The notes: generated by a model from the letters alone, not told the origin. Positions 1 through 9,156 are shown, numbered from the stretch's first letter. The stretch: DNA of 64,000 nucleotides from Candidatus Omnitrophota bacterium (GCA_016935525.1 JAFGQU010000004.1:65314-129313); one strand, 5' to 3'. Translations and numbers: made by a program.

Positions 1-224
1 CATGGATGTAAATCTCAGTGAAATCATACGCAAAAGATATACATATCGCCGGTTGATCTTACAGGGTAAAATACTCCTCCCCTATAAAGCCGCGTCATGC
101 CTCATCGGCCCGGATTGCGCGTATCATCTTTATTCACTCATCGATACGACACTCCCTTACGATAAAAACGATAAGATCACCGAAATCAAAGAAACGTATT
201 GACCGCAGTTCTAAAAGAACCGGA

Positions 225-1619
225 TCATACCGCAACTTCTTCAATACGGACCGGATAATGCCCCTGGCGGGTATGATAAAACTCAAGGAACTCCTTCGGA
301 GAAAGGGACGGCAAAAGAGCATAGCGTTCTTTGATCTTTTTCTTGAATTCGTGGTGATACCGGATAAACGCCCCCATGTCCTGAGGAAATTCTTCCTCGT
401 CTACCCCCAGGAAGATACCCTGATGACGGGCATAGTTGAATATTTCTTCCCATTGATCGGGCCGGGAGATCCCGATCCCGCGCACTCCGTTAGAAAGCAA
501 AAACACATAGATATCATCGAAATCACCGTGCCGTTTTATATATTTTTTTACCGTCTCCATCGAGCTGGAAGTATTGAACGCCAGCCAGAACGGTACCGAC
601 CGGGTGAGGACCGACCATAACGGCTCCAGCAGCGCGAAACATTCGATCAGGACCCGCCGGGAAACGAAATCGTTCTTTCGGTACCACCAGCGGTAGAAAT
701 CGGCGGTAAACGCGCTGATATCTTCAGGATGGTCAAAAATGATCGTCATTACTTTATATCCGTTCTCTTTCGCGTAACGGATGATATCTTCGTGGAGCTC
801 GGGAGAAAACCCCCATTCGGCTTCTGGATACCGCCCGGTCGTCTCCGGCACGTCCCATTTTTTGAGAGGACTCCCCTGCTCTTTTAAAAATCTGCCCACC
901 CGGTCGCTTCCCTGCAGATATTCCCGATCCGAGACGTCACCTAATCCACCCACCTGAAAAAAATGGTGATCGGAAAACCGGGTTTTTTCCCATTGATAGG
1001 TGCACTCACAGACAAAGAGTGTCCCGCCGGGAATAAGATTGGTTTTTATGAAATGTTCGTACGTTTTTCCCAGCGTCCGGCGTTTCATCCGGAAATACCC
1101 CATCTTGCTCACCATCAACCGGTCCTGGACCGGATCGTGCATCTGATGCATGATCAGTTCGGGATTATGACGGTGAATCTCCTCCGCAACAGGCCGCCCC
1201 CACTCGGCGTCTTGTTTCAAGTCATCCGGGCCCATATCGCGTCGAATCGCTACCAGGAACGTCTGAGGAAGCCAGGGTATATCCAGGGCCGCACAGAGAT
1301 GGACCACCGCCCCGTTGGAAGAACCGATCATCATCCCGGGATACTGCTTGACCGGATACTGGCTGACCGCATGCCGAGACATCTCTTCGGCCTCGATCTG
1401 TGCGATCTTGTGATGGTCGATCCCCTCCATCGCTCCCACCCAGGTATAGATCCTCTGACGGGTTTTTTCCGGTAAGGAATTGAGAATACCACCGATAAAT
1501 CCCGGCAGTTTAGGCGGTAGGCCGATGGCTTCTGCTTCACGTTTGAGATAGTAACTCAAAGAATAAAGCATCGAAGAGGTAGAATCGAAATCGGGGATAT
1601 ACTCTTTGGCTCTGGACAT
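225..1619 (-). CDS. conserved hypothetical protein (464 aa), function unknown
   Basis: Long intact ORF with coding-like composition. No motif I can assign. Lies 7 bp upstream of the ldh stop on the same strand. Confidence 0.45.
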   Translation of the reverse strand: MSRAKEYIPDFDSTSSMLYSLSYYLKREAEAIGLPPKLPGFIGGILNSLPEKTRQRIYTWVGAMEGIDHHKIAQIEAEEMSRHAVSQYPVKQYPGMMIGSSNGAVVHLCAALDIPWLPQTFLVAIRRDMGPDDLKQDAEWGRPVAEEIHRHNPELIMHQMHDPVQDRLMVSKMGYFRMKRRTLGKTYEHFIKTNLIPGGTLFVCECTYQWEKTRFSDHHFFQVGGLGDVSDREYLQGSDRVGRFLKEQGSPLKKWDVPETTGRYPEAEWGFSPELHEDIIRYAKENGYKVMTIIFDHPEDISAFTADFYRWWYRKNDFVSRRVLIECFALLEPLWSVLTRSVPFWLAFNTSSSMETVKKYIKRHGDFDDIYVFLLSNGVRGIGISRPDQWEEIFNYARHQGIFLGVDEEEFPQDMGAFIRYHHEFKKKIKERYALLPSLSPKEFLEFYHTRQGHYPVRIEEVAV

Positions 1620-1626
1620 GGGAGAT

Positions 1627-2583
1627 CTACAGTTTTATCTGAGCGATGACACTTTTAAGCGTTTCGGCCGAATGAACAAACGCTTCCTGTTCGAATCCGG
1701 AAAGTTCGAGTTTAAGGAAATGTGCTACTCCGCTTTTATTTACCAGCGACGGGATACCTATACACACATCGTTTACGCCGTGATAATCCGAAATCAACGT
1801 TGAGACCGGCAGTATCGAGTTTTCGTCACGCAGGACCGCTTCGGTGATCCGCACCAAGGCCAGGGCGATCGCGTAATATGTCGCGCCTTTGGCATCGATG
1901 ATCTTATACGCGGCGTTTTTCACTTCTTCAAATATCCCGTTTAATTTTTTCTGCTGGTCGCAATGATTAAAATTTTTACAGAGCGGGCAATATTTTTCGA
2001 TTTTCATCCCGCCGATATCGGCGTTGCTCCATACCGGAAGTTCCGTATCGCCATGTTCACCGATGATATAGGCGTGGACATTACGCGGGTCGACCTCACA
2101 GTGTTCGCTGATCAGGTAACGAAACCGCGACGTATCAAGTACGGTCCCGGAACCGAACACACGGTTTTTCGGTAAACCGGATATTTTTAACGTGGCGTAA
2201 GTAAGGATATCCACGGGATTGCTGACAACGAGGATCACCGCGTTTTTGGCGTATTTCATCACTTCCGGTATAATCTGTTTAAAAATCTCGGTATTGGCCT
2301 GGACGAGATCGACGCGGGACTGACCCGGTTTCTGTTTTGCCCCGGCAGTAATCACGACCAGATCGGAATCAGCACAATTTTTATAATCGCCATAATAGAT
2401 CTCAGCCGGAAAGGTGAGGCTTAACCCGTGGTTTAAATCCATACATTCGCCCATGGCTTTCTTTTCGTTTCTATCGACGATCACGATCTCGCGGGCAATC
2501 CCGCGAGTCATCAGCGCGAACGCATAGGTACTGCCTACATTACCGGCACCGATAATCGATACTTTCGGTCTGGATTTTTTCAT
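1627..2583 (-). CDS. ldh: L-lactate dehydrogenase (LDH/MDH family)
   Basis: N-terminal Rossmann motif IIGAGNVGS. The substrate loop reads GAKQKPGQSR, with Gln at the LDH specificity position. Catalytic His sits in IGEHGDTE. Length of 318 aa is typical. Confidence 0.8.
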   Translation of the reverse strand: MKKSRPKVSIIGAGNVGSTYAFALMTRGIAREIVIVDRNEKKAMGECMDLNHGLSLTFPAEIYYGDYKNCADSDLVVITAGAKQKPGQSRVDLVQANTEIFKQIIPEVMKYAKNAVILVVSNPVDILTYATLKISGLPKNRVFGSGTVLDTSRFRYLISEHCEVDPRNVHAYIIGEHGDTELPVWSNADIGGMKIEKYCPLCKNFNHCDQQKKLNGIFEEVKNAAYKIIDAKGATYYAIALALVRITEAVLRDENSILPVSTLISDYHGVNDVCIGIPSLVNKSGVAHFLKLELSGFEQEAFVHSAETLKSVIAQIKL

Positions 2584-2693
2584 AATTTCTCCTTCTCTTT
2601 TTACTCCCGGGGCCGTCCTTTTTCAGGAAAACACATTGTATGAAATGAGTACGGTGGCATTTTATCGGTTGATAAAACAACTTACAAGGATAT

Positions 2694-3656
2694 TTATTTT
2701 AATAACGGTTGAATGTAATTAAACAAATATCCGATGGCAACGATGCCCAACGCCGTGATCCCAAAGAATATCAGGATCAACCTCATCCGCATCGCCCGCC
2801 GCAAAAGTACTGCTTCGGGAAGGCTTAAAGCCGCCGTCGCCATCATAAAGCTGAGGGCTGTCCCCAGCGGAATACCTTTCTGAAAAAGTACGACCGCGAT
2901 CGGGACGATCGCCGCACAACTGCCGTACATCGGCACTCCCAGCACGGTCGCGATCAATACCGTAAACCCTTCGGTTTTACTGATAAGGGTCTCAACCATA
3001 TCCTGCGGCACGTAGTTATGGATAACCGCTCCCAACCCCACTCCGACGATGATCCATAGCCAGAGTTTTTTCACGATGGATATCGCTTCATTGATACCGA
3101 ATATTATTCTTGATTTAATCGTCGGAGTCGCCGCACAGGCACATTGAGGATTATTTACCTGTGCCGATATATCTTTCCTTATAAACCGGTCAAGGTTCAT
3201 TTTTCCGAGAATAATCCCTACCATTACTCCGATAAGGATACCGCTTAAAGTATACAGCAGTGTGATCTTCCAGCCGAAAAATCCCAGCATCAGTACCACA
3301 AGGTACTCATTGATCAACGGAGAAGTGATAAGAAACGAAAAGGTGACTCCCAAAGGTATTCCCGCTTCCAGAAATCCGAAAAATATCGGGATAGAAGAAC
3401 AGGAACAGAACGGAGTGACCGCGCCAAACATCGAAGCAAATACATGGCCGAACATACCGCGACGCGCGATCCACTCTTTGATCTTTTGCGCCGACAGATA
3501 ACTGCGGATAAACCCGATAACGGAAATCATCACAAAAAGCAGCAGGATGATCTTGATCGTATCATAGACGAAGAAATGAAGCGGTTCGGCGAACGTGCTT
3601 TCCGGATCGAACCGCAGGACCGAATAGAGCAGCCAGGTTATGAATTCCGATAACAT
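2694..3656 (-). CDS. DUF318/ArsP-like permease with conserved TPFCSCS motif
   Basis: About 8 TM polytopic protein. It carries the AVTPFCSCSSIP motif, which matches the TPFCSCS signature of ArsP-family organoarsenical/thiol permeases, plus a second Cys pair (PQCACAATP). Confidence 0.55.
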   Translation of the reverse strand: MLSEFITWLLYSVLRFDPESTFAEPLHFFVYDTIKIILLLFVMISVIGFIRSYLSAQKIKEWIARRGMFGHVFASMFGAVTPFCSCSSIPIFFGFLEAGIPLGVTFSFLITSPLINEYLVVLMLGFFGWKITLLYTLSGILIGVMVGIILGKMNLDRFIRKDISAQVNNPQCACAATPTIKSRIIFGINEAISIVKKLWLWIIVGVGLGAVIHNYVPQDMVETLISKTEGFTVLIATVLGVPMYGSCAAIVPIAVVLFQKGIPLGTALSFMMATAALSLPEAVLLRRAMRMRLILIFFGITALGIVAIGYLFNYIQPLLK

Positions 3657-3677
3657 ATCTCTCCTCTTATTGTTATT

Positions 3678-4382
3678 TTATATCATTTCTAAAAACAAGC
3701 TAGATTTCTCTTTAGAAATAATCTTTCCATCCTGAAGAAAGATCGTACGGGATGCCTGTAACCCCAGTTTAGGATTATGAGTCGCAACGATTATCGTCAA
3801 TCCGTCTTCTTCGTTCAGTTTTTTGAAAATAGAAAATATTTCCTGCGCGCTTTTAGTATCAAGGTTTCCCGTCGGCTCGTCGGCAAGAAGCAGTTGAGGG
3901 GAAACCGCAAGCGCCCGGGCAATCGCTACCCGTTGACGTTCGCCGCCCGATAACTGTTTAGGCAGATGATTGATCCGGTGGCCTAATCCTACCCTTTCCA
4001 TAATCTCAAGAGAATGTTTCCGTTCTTTCGTCATACGGGAAAAATGGAGCGATAATTCGACATTTTCCAGAGCGGTGAGGCTAGGAATAAGTAAAAATTC
4101 CTGAAAAATAAAACTGATAATTCCCCTACGGTATTTCACAAGATCGTTCTCTCGGGCACAAGACACCTCATTCCCCAATACTTCTAACCGGCCACAACTC
4201 ACACTGTCTAAACACCCCATAAGGTCCAATAATGTCGTTTTCCCCGAACCGGACGGCCCCATTAATGAGACAAACTCACCGCATCGTATTTCAAGATCGA
4301 TATTGTTGACCGCATAGATTTCTTCAGCAAATAATTTATATATCTTAGTAAGATTATTCGCTTTGATAACCGGGGTACTCAT
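3678..4382 (-). CDS. ABC transporter ATP-binding protein (MacB/LolD-type)
   Basis: Walker A GPSGSGKTT, ABC signature LSGGERQRVAIARAL, Walker B LLLADEPTGNLD. Confidence 0.85.
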   Translation of the reverse strand: MSTPVIKANNLTKIYKLFAEEIYAVNNIDLEIRCGEFVSLMGPSGSGKTTLLDLMGCLDSVSCGRLEVLGNEVSCARENDLVKYRRGIISFIFQEFLLIPSLTALENVELSLHFSRMTKERKHSLEIMERVGLGHRINHLPKQLSGGERQRVAIARALAVSPQLLLADEPTGNLDTKSAQEIFSIFKKLNEEDGLTIIVATHNPKLGLQASRTIFLQDGKIISKEKSSLFLEMI

Positions 4383-4384
4383 CT

Positions 4385-5569
4385 TTACTCTCCTCGCCTT
4401 ATCGCTTCGATCGGGCGCATCGACGATGCTCTTAATGCCGGATATATTCCGGCAACTAAACCCATAATAATTGCCCCCATAAATGAACTCAGCAAGAGGC
4501 CACCGGTAATAACCACCAGATGACCGCTGGGAGCGTAAGGCAGGATACCGCGTAACATATGTTCCACCAATCTGGCGGCGATTATCGCAAAAAGATTACC
4601 CATTATTCCTCCCCACACACAGATCAAGGTAGTCTCAATCCAGATAATCCGGAAAATATCAAACCGCGATGCGCCAATGGCTTTCATCACTCCGATCTCT
4701 TTTGTCCGCTCGAATACCGACATGAGTATCGTATTTACCACACCGATCACGGCAACAAATATTGCGATGATCGCTATAGAATTGGTCATCACTTTTGCCG
4801 AAGATATCAGATTGAAGATCGTACCGCGTACCTCGGCCATACTTATTACCTGAATCCCGGGTTCATCATAGAGATCTTCTTCAAAACCGGCAATCTGGCT
4901 TATTTCTTTCAATTTTATGCCGATACCGGTGAGCTGGTCCGGTAAACCGAAAATATTCTGGGCAGTGACAAGCGGTAAAAAAATAAGCCCGTCATCCTGA
5001 GTCCCGGTACGTTCGAAGATACCGGCGACCGTAAGGATTTTTTCAATACCCGGGATGAATATTTTATCGCCGATCGAACGTTGTTCGAATTCGGCCGCTT
5101 CATATCCCATAATCACTTCTTCAGCATCGTCTTGAGAAAACCAGTTTCCCGATTTGAATTTTATCCACGGTTTTAAATCAAGAAACGAACGGTGTATGCC
5201 CATATAGAGAGCCAGTCCTCCCTGCCCGTTGTTTTTATCAGGATCATACACGGTATGGACCAGTTGAGGGGTAATCGCCGCGACCCGGGGATCATTGATA
5301 ATCTTGCTATACACCTCTTGATCCATATACCTCAGGCCCCCGCCGCCTTTAAGCATCAGCGTTGCCGCCTCATAAGGGCATCCTTTCGCTGTAATCAACA
5401 CCTGAAATCCCATTTTATCAATATCGCTGCGTAATCCCCGTTGATATCCTTCATCAAAACCCATAAGGCTCACCAGTACCGCGACTGCGACTCCCACCCC
5501 GCCGACAGTCAAAAATGACCTGATCTTTTTCCTTTGTAGATTCTTGAAGGCGATTGCGATAGATTTCAC
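4385..5569 (-). CDS. ABC transporter permease, FtsX/MacB-like
   Basis: N-terminal TM helix, a large periplasmic domain and a C-terminal FtsX-type 3-TM bundle. Its stop abuts the ATPase start. Confidence 0.8.
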   Translation of the reverse strand: MKSIAIAFKNLQRKKIRSFLTVGGVGVAVAVLVSLMGFDEGYQRGLRSDIDKMGFQVLITAKGCPYEAATLMLKGGGGLRYMDQEVYSKIINDPRVAAITPQLVHTVYDPDKNNGQGGLALYMGIHRSFLDLKPWIKFKSGNWFSQDDAEEVIMGYEAAEFEQRSIGDKIFIPGIEKILTVAGIFERTGTQDDGLIFLPLVTAQNIFGLPDQLTGIGIKLKEISQIAGFEEDLYDEPGIQVISMAEVRGTIFNLISSAKVMTNSIAIIAIFVAVIGVVNTILMSVFERTKEIGVMKAIGASRFDIFRIIWIETTLICVWGGIMGNLFAIIAARLVEHMLRGILPYAPSGHLVVITGGLLLSSFMGAIIMGLVAGIYPALRASSMRPIEAIRRGE

Positions 5570-5937
5570 TGTAATTCTACTCCTTGGCCGATCAGAGACG
5601 TATTTCCGGTACGGGCACTTACCGTGCCCTGGACAACCACCTTTTTCCCGACCATCTGGGGAATAGCGAATCCCGAAGGTTTAATATCCACATAGATCTC
5701 TCCGGTCGTATCGTTAAGATTAAACCAACATCCCGACGGGCATTCCCGTACGATCTTCCCGGAAACCGTAACGGTCTTACCGCTAAGTTCTCCCGGATTA
5801 CTGAGAATATTTCTTATCGGTACCGAAGTATACTCTGTAATCGGTTCACCGAACGATTCCGAAGAAACATTCGTAGTACACCCTATAATCAAAATTATAC
5901 CTGTAAATAAAGCTAAAAGATACGTTACCTGTTTCAT
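5566..5937 (-). CDS. small lipoprotein with predicted OB-fold and CPSGC motif
   Basis: Lipobox LIIGC. Beta-rich 123 aa protein with a CxxxC pair. Has 4-nt overlaps with both neighbouring genes. Confidence 0.5.
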   Translation of the reverse strand: MKQVTYLLALFTGIILIIGCTTNVSSESFGEPITEYTSVPIRNILSNPGELSGKTVTVSGKIVRECPSGCWFNLNDTTGEIYVDIKPSGFAIPQMVGKKVVVQGTVSARTGNTSLIGQGVELQ

Positions 5938-6584
5938 GGCCTCTCTCCTTTTTCCACTTTTCCTATACGGCTATTTTGCATACCGTCAAAATAAAACGCG
6001 TCTAAAAGAATAAGATTTTTCTTGATCCCCCGCAACGTATTGAAAAAATCTTCAGTCTCTCCCGGAGTCGGTTGTTTAATTTTTTCCAGCATATCCTGCC
6101 GATATAAGTCTTCTAAACCAAGACCGATGAATTGTTGAGTAAATGATTCATCCCGAAAGTACCGCGCCTGGGGCGAAGATATTCTTTGATAATAAAAATC
6201 TACTATGTTTCCCTCAAGATCGGTCGCAAGAATGATCTGTATCCCGCCGTAAGCCCCTTTTTGATTTATCCCGTGTACCCGGCCGATGACCTCTTTCCCT
6301 TTCAATACATCATAATAGGCATACGGGACATCTTCGGCTTCATAGACCGGATCCAACCGGTCATTAAGAAGCGATTCTACTTTCTTCTTTAATCCTTCTC
6401 GCCCGGCACCCTCTATTGTATGGAAGCTGGTCTTATATCCGGTACTTTCAGGGAAAATACGGCGGAGGTCCCGCTCGGGATCGTTTAAAGTGCATCCTAC
6501 CGCGGCACTGGCCGAATAAGTGATCAACAGGATACCTAAACTAATAAAGACCGTGATTACAGATTTGAAGGAATTAACCGCCAT
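5934..6584 (-). CDS. secreted FMN-binding-domain-like protein
   Basis: Signal peptide or lipobox (AAVGC). The central GINQKGAYGGIQIILATDLEGNIVDF segment resembles the FMN_bind fold. I did not find the canonical flavinylation motif (S/T)GAT. Confidence 0.4.
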   Translation of the reverse strand: MAVNSFKSVITVFISLGILLITYSASAAVGCTLNDPERDLRRIFPESTGYKTSFHTIEGAGREGLKKKVESLLNDRLDPVYEAEDVPYAYYDVLKGKEVIGRVHGINQKGAYGGIQIILATDLEGNIVDFYYQRISSPQARYFRDESFTQQFIGLGLEDLYRQDMLEKIKQPTPGETEDFFNTLRGIKKNLILLDAFYFDGMQNSRIGKVEKGERP

Positions 6585-7584
6585 AATAATAATATTGCAC
6601 TAACACGCTTGTATCAGCCGGCTCATCTACACGATTGAAATCATGGACTAATGCCGCTCTTAACGTAATATTCTCATTTACACGATACGCCAACCCCAGA
6701 CTGATAAGAGAATCATCCTGATTTTGTTCAGCCAGATCGTGAGCGAACGATTGAAACTGTATTTGAAAACTCAGATTTTGATTGCGCGGTAACGTATAAT
6801 CGTATTCTAAAAGATACCCTAATACCTCATCAGAATCATCCTGTCCATACGCTATTTCCCCTTTCACCAGGGAAGCCCCCATCAGTAATTGGCCGTCAAC
6901 ACCGATCCGTCTCTTCGATACCGCAGATTCCGAAAGAAGTCGGTTATGAGGAAACGTCTGCATCCCTTTTACATCGATCACGTCGCCATAGAGGATTGAG
7001 AACCCGTATTGCACATTTTCCGTCGGCGGCGTACCGACCCGCGCGCTCATTAAAAAACTTCTATCATGACGCCTCAGGCTCATTCCCGAACCGACTCCCA
7101 GAGCAAGTTTATAATCATACTTTCTCAAAAAACCTTCCAACGCCATACCCCAATCTTTCTTAAACCCGATATTCAACGGAGCTAACGTCTGTAACACAGT
7201 CCCGTGAGTATCGATTACGGGTTCAAGCCCGAACGCCGGATCGAAATGGCCGATTCTTAAATTCATTCCGTATCCCAATCGATATTGCATCCAGGCATTA
7301 TGCAGCTCGACGGCCCAGGCATCACGAGAATCCTCCAAGCTGTCATAAGAAAAACGTACCTGAAGGTCGGTGGTAAGAAAATCACCGTATTCACCGGAAA
7401 ACTTTCTAAAATCTTCAAAACCAAAAGAATTAGCCAGGGTACTGCTCTTTCCCGTCCATTGCTGTTGACGGCTGTATCCGCCGATAAGGTTGATCTCTTT
7501 ATTAAAAATCCGTTCCGAACCAGATACGGTATCTCCATTTATAAACCAGGCTGCCACCATAACAAATAACACGAAGGATCTCAT
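6574..7584 (-). CDS. outer-membrane beta-barrel protein
   Basis: Signal peptide followed by an alternating hydrophobic, aromatic-rich beta-strand pattern. Has a 4-nt overlap with csoR upstream. Confidence 0.45.
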   Translation of the reverse strand: MRSFVLFVMVAAWFINGDTVSGSERIFNKEINLIGGYSRQQQWTGKSSTLANSFGFEDFRKFSGEYGDFLTTDLQVRFSYDSLEDSRDAWAVELHNAWMQYRLGYGMNLRIGHFDPAFGLEPVIDTHGTVLQTLAPLNIGFKKDWGMALEGFLRKYDYKLALGVGSGMSLRRHDRSFLMSARVGTPPTENVQYGFSILYGDVIDVKGMQTFPHNRLLSESAVSKRRIGVDGQLLMGASLVKGEIAYGQDDSDEVLGYLLEYDYTLPRNQNLSFQIQFQSFAHDLAEQNQDDSLISLGLAYRVNENITLRAALVHDFNRVDEPADTSVLVQYYYYGG

Positions 7585-7865
7585 AACCGATGTAATTTTT
7601 GGACCACTCCGATAAGCTCTTCGATCTTCTTTTTCTTGTTTTTTTCCGCTTTACCGCGAAAGGTATCTACCACGCACGATTCGATATGGGTATGCAATAT
7701 CTTTTCGGCGACCCGATACAGCGCGTTGATCGAAGCATGGATCTGATTGACGATATCGATACAATATTCTTCTTTTTCGATCATCCGCTGGACACCTTTC
7801 ACCTGTCCCTCAATACGCCGCAACGCGGCAAGTTGTACCGTATGAGTCGTTTTTTGTTTCATCAT
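7581..7865 (-). CDS. csoR: CsoR/RcnR-family metal-sensing transcriptional repressor (copper-type C-H-C ligand set)
   Basis: 94 aa predicted helical-bundle protein. It carries Cys (EEYCID) and the HTHIESC motif, giving the x-C-H-C copper-ligand pattern of CsoR. Confidence 0.75.
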   Translation of the reverse strand: MMKQKTTHTVQLAALRRIEGQVKGVQRMIEKEEYCIDIVNQIHASINALYRVAEKILHTHIESCVVDTFRGKAEKNKKKKIEELIGVVQKLHRL

Positions 7866-7886
7866 CGATCTCCCCCTTTTATTTGT

Positions 7887-8429
7887 TTATTCGTCCACTA
7901 TTAATTTTGCCTTCATCTGGCTATGCCCCCGGCCACAGTATATCGAACATAAAACAGGAAATTCTCCGGTCTTATCGGCGACGAACTCGATTTTTTTCAC
8001 CTCACCTTTCTTCACCGTTGCGTTAATCCCATATTCTCCGATATACACTCCATGCGGGACGTCACGCGAGGTAGCCATCAGGCATACGATATCCCCTTTA
8101 TTGACAATTATATCCTGGGGTTCATATCCGAACCGGTAAGCTTGAAACGGTATTTCTTTTATCTTGGAAATATACTTTTCGGGATCTTCTTTGAATTTCC
8201 CGATACACATCGGGCAGCAGAAATAATACGTTTTACCTTTATAGGTATAAGAATATTCTTTCTGAGCCTCACCGCCCATTACCGGACAGATGCCCAAATC
8301 ATTCTCCGCCGACGGCGTCCCCATCTGATGAGCCATCCCCTGCCCCATCTCTTCACCATGATGATCTTGAGCCGTTACGCTTAAAGCCCCCAGACAAAAC
8401 AAGCCGATTAAAAAAATAACCTTTTTCAT
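7887..8429 (-). CDS. secreted YHS-domain + CuA-like cupredoxin copper-binding protein
   Basis: Signal peptide. YHS/TRASH motif CPVMG...YYFCCPMC. C-terminal cupredoxin region with H...[12 protein letters not shown], which matches the CuA pattern CxxxCGxxHxxM. Confidence 0.7.
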   Translation of the reverse strand: MKKVIFLIGLFCLGALSVTAQDHHGEEMGQGMAHQMGTPSAENDLGICPVMGGEAQKEYSYTYKGKTYYFCCPMCIGKFKEDPEKYISKIKEIPFQAYRFGYEPQDIIVNKGDIVCLMATSRDVPHGVYIGEYGINATVKKGEVKKIEFVADKTGEFPVLCSIYCGRGHSQMKAKLIVDE

Positions 8430-8444
8430 ACATATCCCCCCTAC

Positions 8445-8480
8445 GCAAGCCTATCATACCCCCTGGGGGTATGTCAATGA
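8445..8480 (-). promoter_or_regulatory. sigma70-like promoter overlapped by a perfect CsoR-type operator palindrome (ATACCCCC-N-GGGGGTAT)
   Basis: On the sense (minus) strand the sequence reads TTGACA-taccccc(a)gggggtatga-TAGGCT, then AGGGGGA RBS, then ATG at 8429. The 8+1+8 palindrome lies at 8456-8472. Confidence 0.55.
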
Positions 8481-8511
8481 CACTTTTTAAAAAATAATAT
8501 ACAAGGAAGGG

Positions 8512-9156
8512 TCAATGCTCATGACGGATACTTTCAGGGTTTTTCACAAAAAAAAGAGGAAAGACGATATCGCTTACGCAACAGGGCACCCATACCGCAA
8601 TAAATAGGAATAAGAATATCGCGGCATAAGCAAAAAAACTCACCGTCGCTCCTTTCGCCATGAGAATATGGAACAACGAAGCTGCGGTACTGACCAGAAC
8701 GTGGGCAAAATGAGGGAATTTGGTCGCGGGGTTGATATAGGCGATCATAATACCGATAAGCGCCATAGTCGTAATCAGCCACCATCTCTCGAGAAATCCG
8801 ATATGAGCATGCCGGTGCGGCATATCCAACAATACTTCTCCTATATAAGGCATGATCGAATCGCTTACCGTCGCAACTCCGATCGAACCTACATAGCCGA
8901 TTACCAACAACACAAAAAGGTTACAGTGACGCCGGTTATGGGGACAGACATGACGGTGGTACATCGAAGCGGTCACAAGAGCACTGAGGAGTACGTGAGC
9001 CGGATGGAATACGTAAAAGAATTCGTAAGAGACCTCGGGAGTGATGTTACGTAAGAATGCGATCAACCCGATGCCTAATAACGCTCCTAATGCCGTAAAC
9101 GGAGCATGATGACGTAATTCTTTGACGATCTCTCGGAACATAACGGTAGTGCTCAC
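8512..9156 (-). CDS. His/Cys-rich integral membrane protein (putative metal handling)
   Basis: 5-6 TM helices with clustered His/Cys (HRHVCPHNRRHC, MPHRHAHIGF, VPCCVSD). Its start overlaps the glgP stop. Confidence 0.45.
   Translation of the reverse strand: MSTTVMFREIVKELRHHAPFTALGALLGIGLIAFLRNITPEVSYEFFYVFHPAHVLLSALVTASMYHRHVCPHNRRHCNLFVLLVIGYVGSIGVATVSDSIMPYIGEVLLDMPHRHAHIGFLERWWLITTMALIGIMIAYINPATKFPHFAHVLVSTAASLFHILMAKGATVSFFAYAAIFLFLFIAVWVPCCVSDIVFPLFFVKNPESIRHEH

Noticed and set aside
963-1475. Numerous 60-170 aa ORFs antisense to or overlapping the long CDSs (for example 963..1475+, 4559..4945+, 8668..9054+, 22425..22973+, 49940..50416+)
   Set aside because: They are wholly embedded in opposite-strand genes that have strong family signatures. 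This is typical shadow-ORF behaviour in about 50 % GC DNA.
5934-6584. Calling the 216-aa protein a bona fide flavinylated FMN-binding (ApbE-substrate) protein
   Set aside because: The expected [ST]GA[ST] flavinylation motif was not seen. It is kept only as 'FMN_bind-like' pending HMM confirmation.
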